Shown: positions 60,849 through 64,000 of the stretch, piece by piece
Layout of the letters: each line of letters begins with the position of its first letter
How positions within the stretch are numbered: the stretch's first letter is position 1
Origin: Octopus bimaculoides
Taxonomy: Eukaryota
Length of the DNA stretch: 64,000 bases
Direction of reading: 5' to 3'
Assembly (NCBI RefSeq): GCF_001194135.2
Contig: NC_068986.1
Location: forward strand, 109,648,523-109,712,522
Notes under the pieces: generated by a model
Told to the model about the DNA's origin: nothing
What the model saw: only the letters and a program-made list of their open reading frames with translations
Databases searched by the model: none
Made by a program: the position numbers and the translations under genes

Positions 60849-61564
60849 ACGCGTATGTGTGTGTACAGGTGTGTGTCTATGTCTGCAAGTGTGTCTGTGC
60901 ATGTGTGTGCATGCATGTATGTGTGTATGCGAGGTGGGAGGGTTGGGTTATAGCAGTTTTCTTCATTCCCTTTGTATTCTTTGTTTTACTTTTTCTTTCA
61001 TCTCTTTTCTTCCTTTATCTGCTACACCATATTCATTCCTTTCTCATTCATTCACTCAATCTCGTCCTCATTATTCCCAAATTTATTTAGGTCTTCCCTC
61101 CTCCTCCTTCACTTTTTATTTCATTTTTGACGTTTTTAGGTCAAGTAGTTCCTATTTTCATATTTCTTTTTATTTCATAAAATCTTATTAATGCTTCACA
61201 TATTCCACACAACACCACCAACAGGGAGCCGATTAGGGCAAGGATGCGTGCAAGGGTCAGTGCTGGAAATAGCAACCAAATCTCCCTTAAATCACACCCT
61301 GTTAGTTTTTGTAAAAGGATACATTGGATGACCCTTTAATACAGTCTTGGATTCCATACACAGAGAACAGACAAGGTGGTCACAACTGGAATGTCTGATC
61401 ATAGGTGTGCTCAAATCAGATTGAGCTGGGATTAAACAACACCCCCCATACACACCCACACTAAGAGAGCCTCTACACCAGTGTTTCCCATTCTTTTTAC
61501 CCTTGTGTAACCCTTAAAATAAATTACATGTTACAAGGAACCTCTGCACAAAAAGAATTATATA

Positions 61565-61870
61565 CCATGTATCTTTCTCAAGATCCGCTGGATGGATTTG
61601 GATGAAACTTTCAGGGATGTTTGGTTTCGTGACTAGCATGAACTGATTAGATTTAGGGATCAATCTGGTACCGGACAAGGATTCTGAATTATTTTTCCTG
61701 TTTTTTAACTTAATTTCTGAGAGCGGTCGGGTTCCTTTTTAGTATTCTTGTTTGTGAGAGCAGTCGAGTTTATTTCAGATATTCTCATTTTAAAAATCAT
61801 CTCTGGCTAATCGTTGAGAGGACATTGGTGTTGCTTTGGCAGAGGTTTGTGCTCTCTGAGTGTTCTTGTT
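61565..61870 (+). mobile_element. Non-autonomous DNA-type repeat, class uncertain
   Basis: gatggatttggatgaaacttt and the 3' end ggcagaggtttgtgctctctgagtgttcttgtt resemble widespread non-autonomous elements; superfamily not assignable here. Confidence 0.45.
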
Positions 61871-61890
61871 ATTATCATTATTATTATTTT

Positions 61891-61937
<47 letters not shown>

Positions 61938-61958
61938 ATAGCAGCAGCAGCATTAGTA

Positions 61959-62414
61959 AGGTGGTGAACTGGCAGAAATATAAGTGCTTCAAACAAAATG
62001 TTTTGCAGCATTTCTTCAGGATCTTTATGTCCTGAGTTCAAATTCCGCTGAGGTCGACTTTGCCTTTCATCTTTCCAGATTTGATAAAATAAGTACCAGT
62101 TAAACACTGGGGTCAATGTAATTGACTTAGCTCCACACCTCTCGAAATTGCTGGCCTTGTACTAAAATTCGAAACCATTGTTGTTATTATTATTATTATC
62201 ATTATTAGGTAGCAAGCTGGCAGAATCGTTACCACATCAGGCAAAATGCTTAGTGTTATTTCATCCATCTTTATGTTCTGAGTTCAAATTCTGCCAAGGT
62301 CAACTTTGCCTTTCAGCCTTGCGAGGTCAATGAAATCAGAACCAGTTGAGTTCAGCTGGTACTAATGACTTCCTACTCCTCCAAACTTGCTGGCCTTGTG
62401 CCAAAATTTGAAAC

Positions 62415-62418
<4 letters not shown>
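61959..62418 (+). mobile_element. Two tandem SINE family B copies (about 61959-62179 and 62207-62418)
   Basis: Each has a ctggcagaa head, the gagttcaaatt B box and a ctggccttgt...gaaaccatt(att)n tail. Confidence 0.8.
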
Positions 62419-62462
<44 letters not shown>

Positions 62463-63729
62463 CATTATTATTTTATTTCAGTGTAGAAGGAGTTTATAAG
62501 CCATTTTAAAAAACTCACAAAAACCATTGGATTCACTTTGACATTAAAATTTAATTTGTGTCAAAATATTTTCGTTGCTTTGAAACCGCGACCTGTTCAC
62601 TGACAAAATTTCGTGCTGCATCTATTATTTTGTTATTGTTATTTCATCATTCCATCATATGTAAATCCCCACACTCTATGTCTGTCTCTGTATTGTTCCC
62701 CCTCATCTCTCGCCCAGGTGGCAAACCATCCAAGCTCAATGCACAAGACAACAGCTATAAGACCATAGCTTCTAGAGTCAGTGGGGCAGAGACAGCTATC
62801 TCTCTACCATCAGCTTTAGATTAACCTAGCTCTGCTTTAATTACTCCTAACTACTTATCATGATTGTTCTCCAATTTCTAATTACCTACTTTCATTAATT
62901 TACATGACCTCAGTTTTTTTTGTTTTCTTTCTCTTTTTTTTCCTGCTGAAATATCAAAAAAGAAACAAAAAAATCCTATAAAACCAGTCGTACATTTTTA
63001 TTTTATAGTTTATCCATAAAGAAGCTATGTCTTATTTTAACCCATTTAAAACTAGTTTATTGTTCTAATAAATCTTAATTAGTATTGTTGCTGTTTAACC
63101 CCAGGCCACCTTTGATCAAGCAGGGCAATGGTCAAAGATATTCTACCTCTAGCCAGCCCATCTTTTCAGACAGTTTATCTAAGACTAGATTATTCAATAT
63201 CTAATACTTCTGCTATTTCTAGCAGGTCAAATAATCATGGAGAACTTTATTCATTGACTCATGGTGGTTATACAGTAAGAAAAGAAAATGCATGTGCACG
63301 CATGTGTGCACGCATGTGTGCACGCATGCATGTCCATGCGTATATATCATTATATGGGAAGATGAAAAGCCTAGATGGACAATACCCTGTAGAACACAAC
63401 TGCTAAACTTTGCAGTTCAACTTTGCAGTAGAGATTTTGCTTTGCTTGTCCACATTAAAGATAAAAAATAGGGTGGTCATGGGTGGAACATTTGTCAGGT
63501 CTGACAGAGGCAAAACACCCACAACAAAAGTAAACTACTTAGTGTAGCTGCCAAGTTTCTTCAAATGGAAGGCTTGCCTATTTTTAGAAATAAGGAATAT
63601 TTGTTATTGAGTCATCCATCTTGGAAGACAACAACAAAACATGTGACCAAATCTTGTTTGGTTGGCTATCCTTGCACACTACGCCTGCTGACCCTGAAAG
63701 AATGAAGCAATGAAGTGGGATCTGAGGGA

Positions 63730-63910
63730 GATTTCATTGCTATTTCTAGCAGCTCATAACAGCCACTTCTTATCACAGCCAATTGGTTTAAAAAAGGATT
63801 AAGAAAAAGATAGATGATCCTACATACCCTTATAAAAGGCAGGATGGTCATATTTGAAATGTCTTTGACCGAAGCCTGCCAGATCAAGGATGACCTAGGG
63901 TTAAACTACA
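63730..63910 (+). repeat. Member of a further dispersed repeat family (E)
   Basis: Motifs gctatttctagc, ggatggtcat...gtctttga and gacctagggttaaac recur at about 5130-5340, 42640-42860, 48000-48170, 61255-61440 and 63085-63240. Confidence 0.55.
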
Positions 63911-64000
63911 CCAATAATTACAACAGCTGCTGCTACATAAGCAATACCACCTCTGGCACCATCACCACAACAATAACAATGGTCTCTGATTTAGGCACAA

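Overview
This is AT-rich, repeat-dense eukaryotic DNA with 9 N-gaps (about 4.5 kb in total) and abundant microsatellites (CA/TG, TA, GA, AAT, GAT, GATA). The repeat set (tRNA/CORE-type SINEs, RTE-tailed repeats, piggyBac-type MITEs) suggests an octopus or related cephalopod genome; this is inference from recognition, with no database search. No intact protein-coding gene is identifiable, and nearly all listed ORFs are microsatellite, gap or SINE read-throughs. Real coding relics are two mariner transposase fragments, a decayed hAT transposase, two RTE ORF C-termini and a CR1/L2-like C-terminus. The most notable structures are: (1) a nested ~2.2 kb quasi-palindrome at 10562-12736, centred on a mariner with two 5' ends; (2) a head-to-head pair of tRNA-headed repeats carrying Penelope-type minimal hammerhead ribozyme motifs at about 47.2-47.65 kb, plus further hammerhead-like motifs elsewhere; (3) a 39-bp motif present four times, forming a 90-nt hairpin at 26.06-26.15 kb and recurring in duplicated cassettes at 50.2 and 55.1 kb; (4) three weak, phase-compatible candidate minus-strand exons. 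Repeat boundaries are approximate, and identities are by-eye estimates unless stated as exact.
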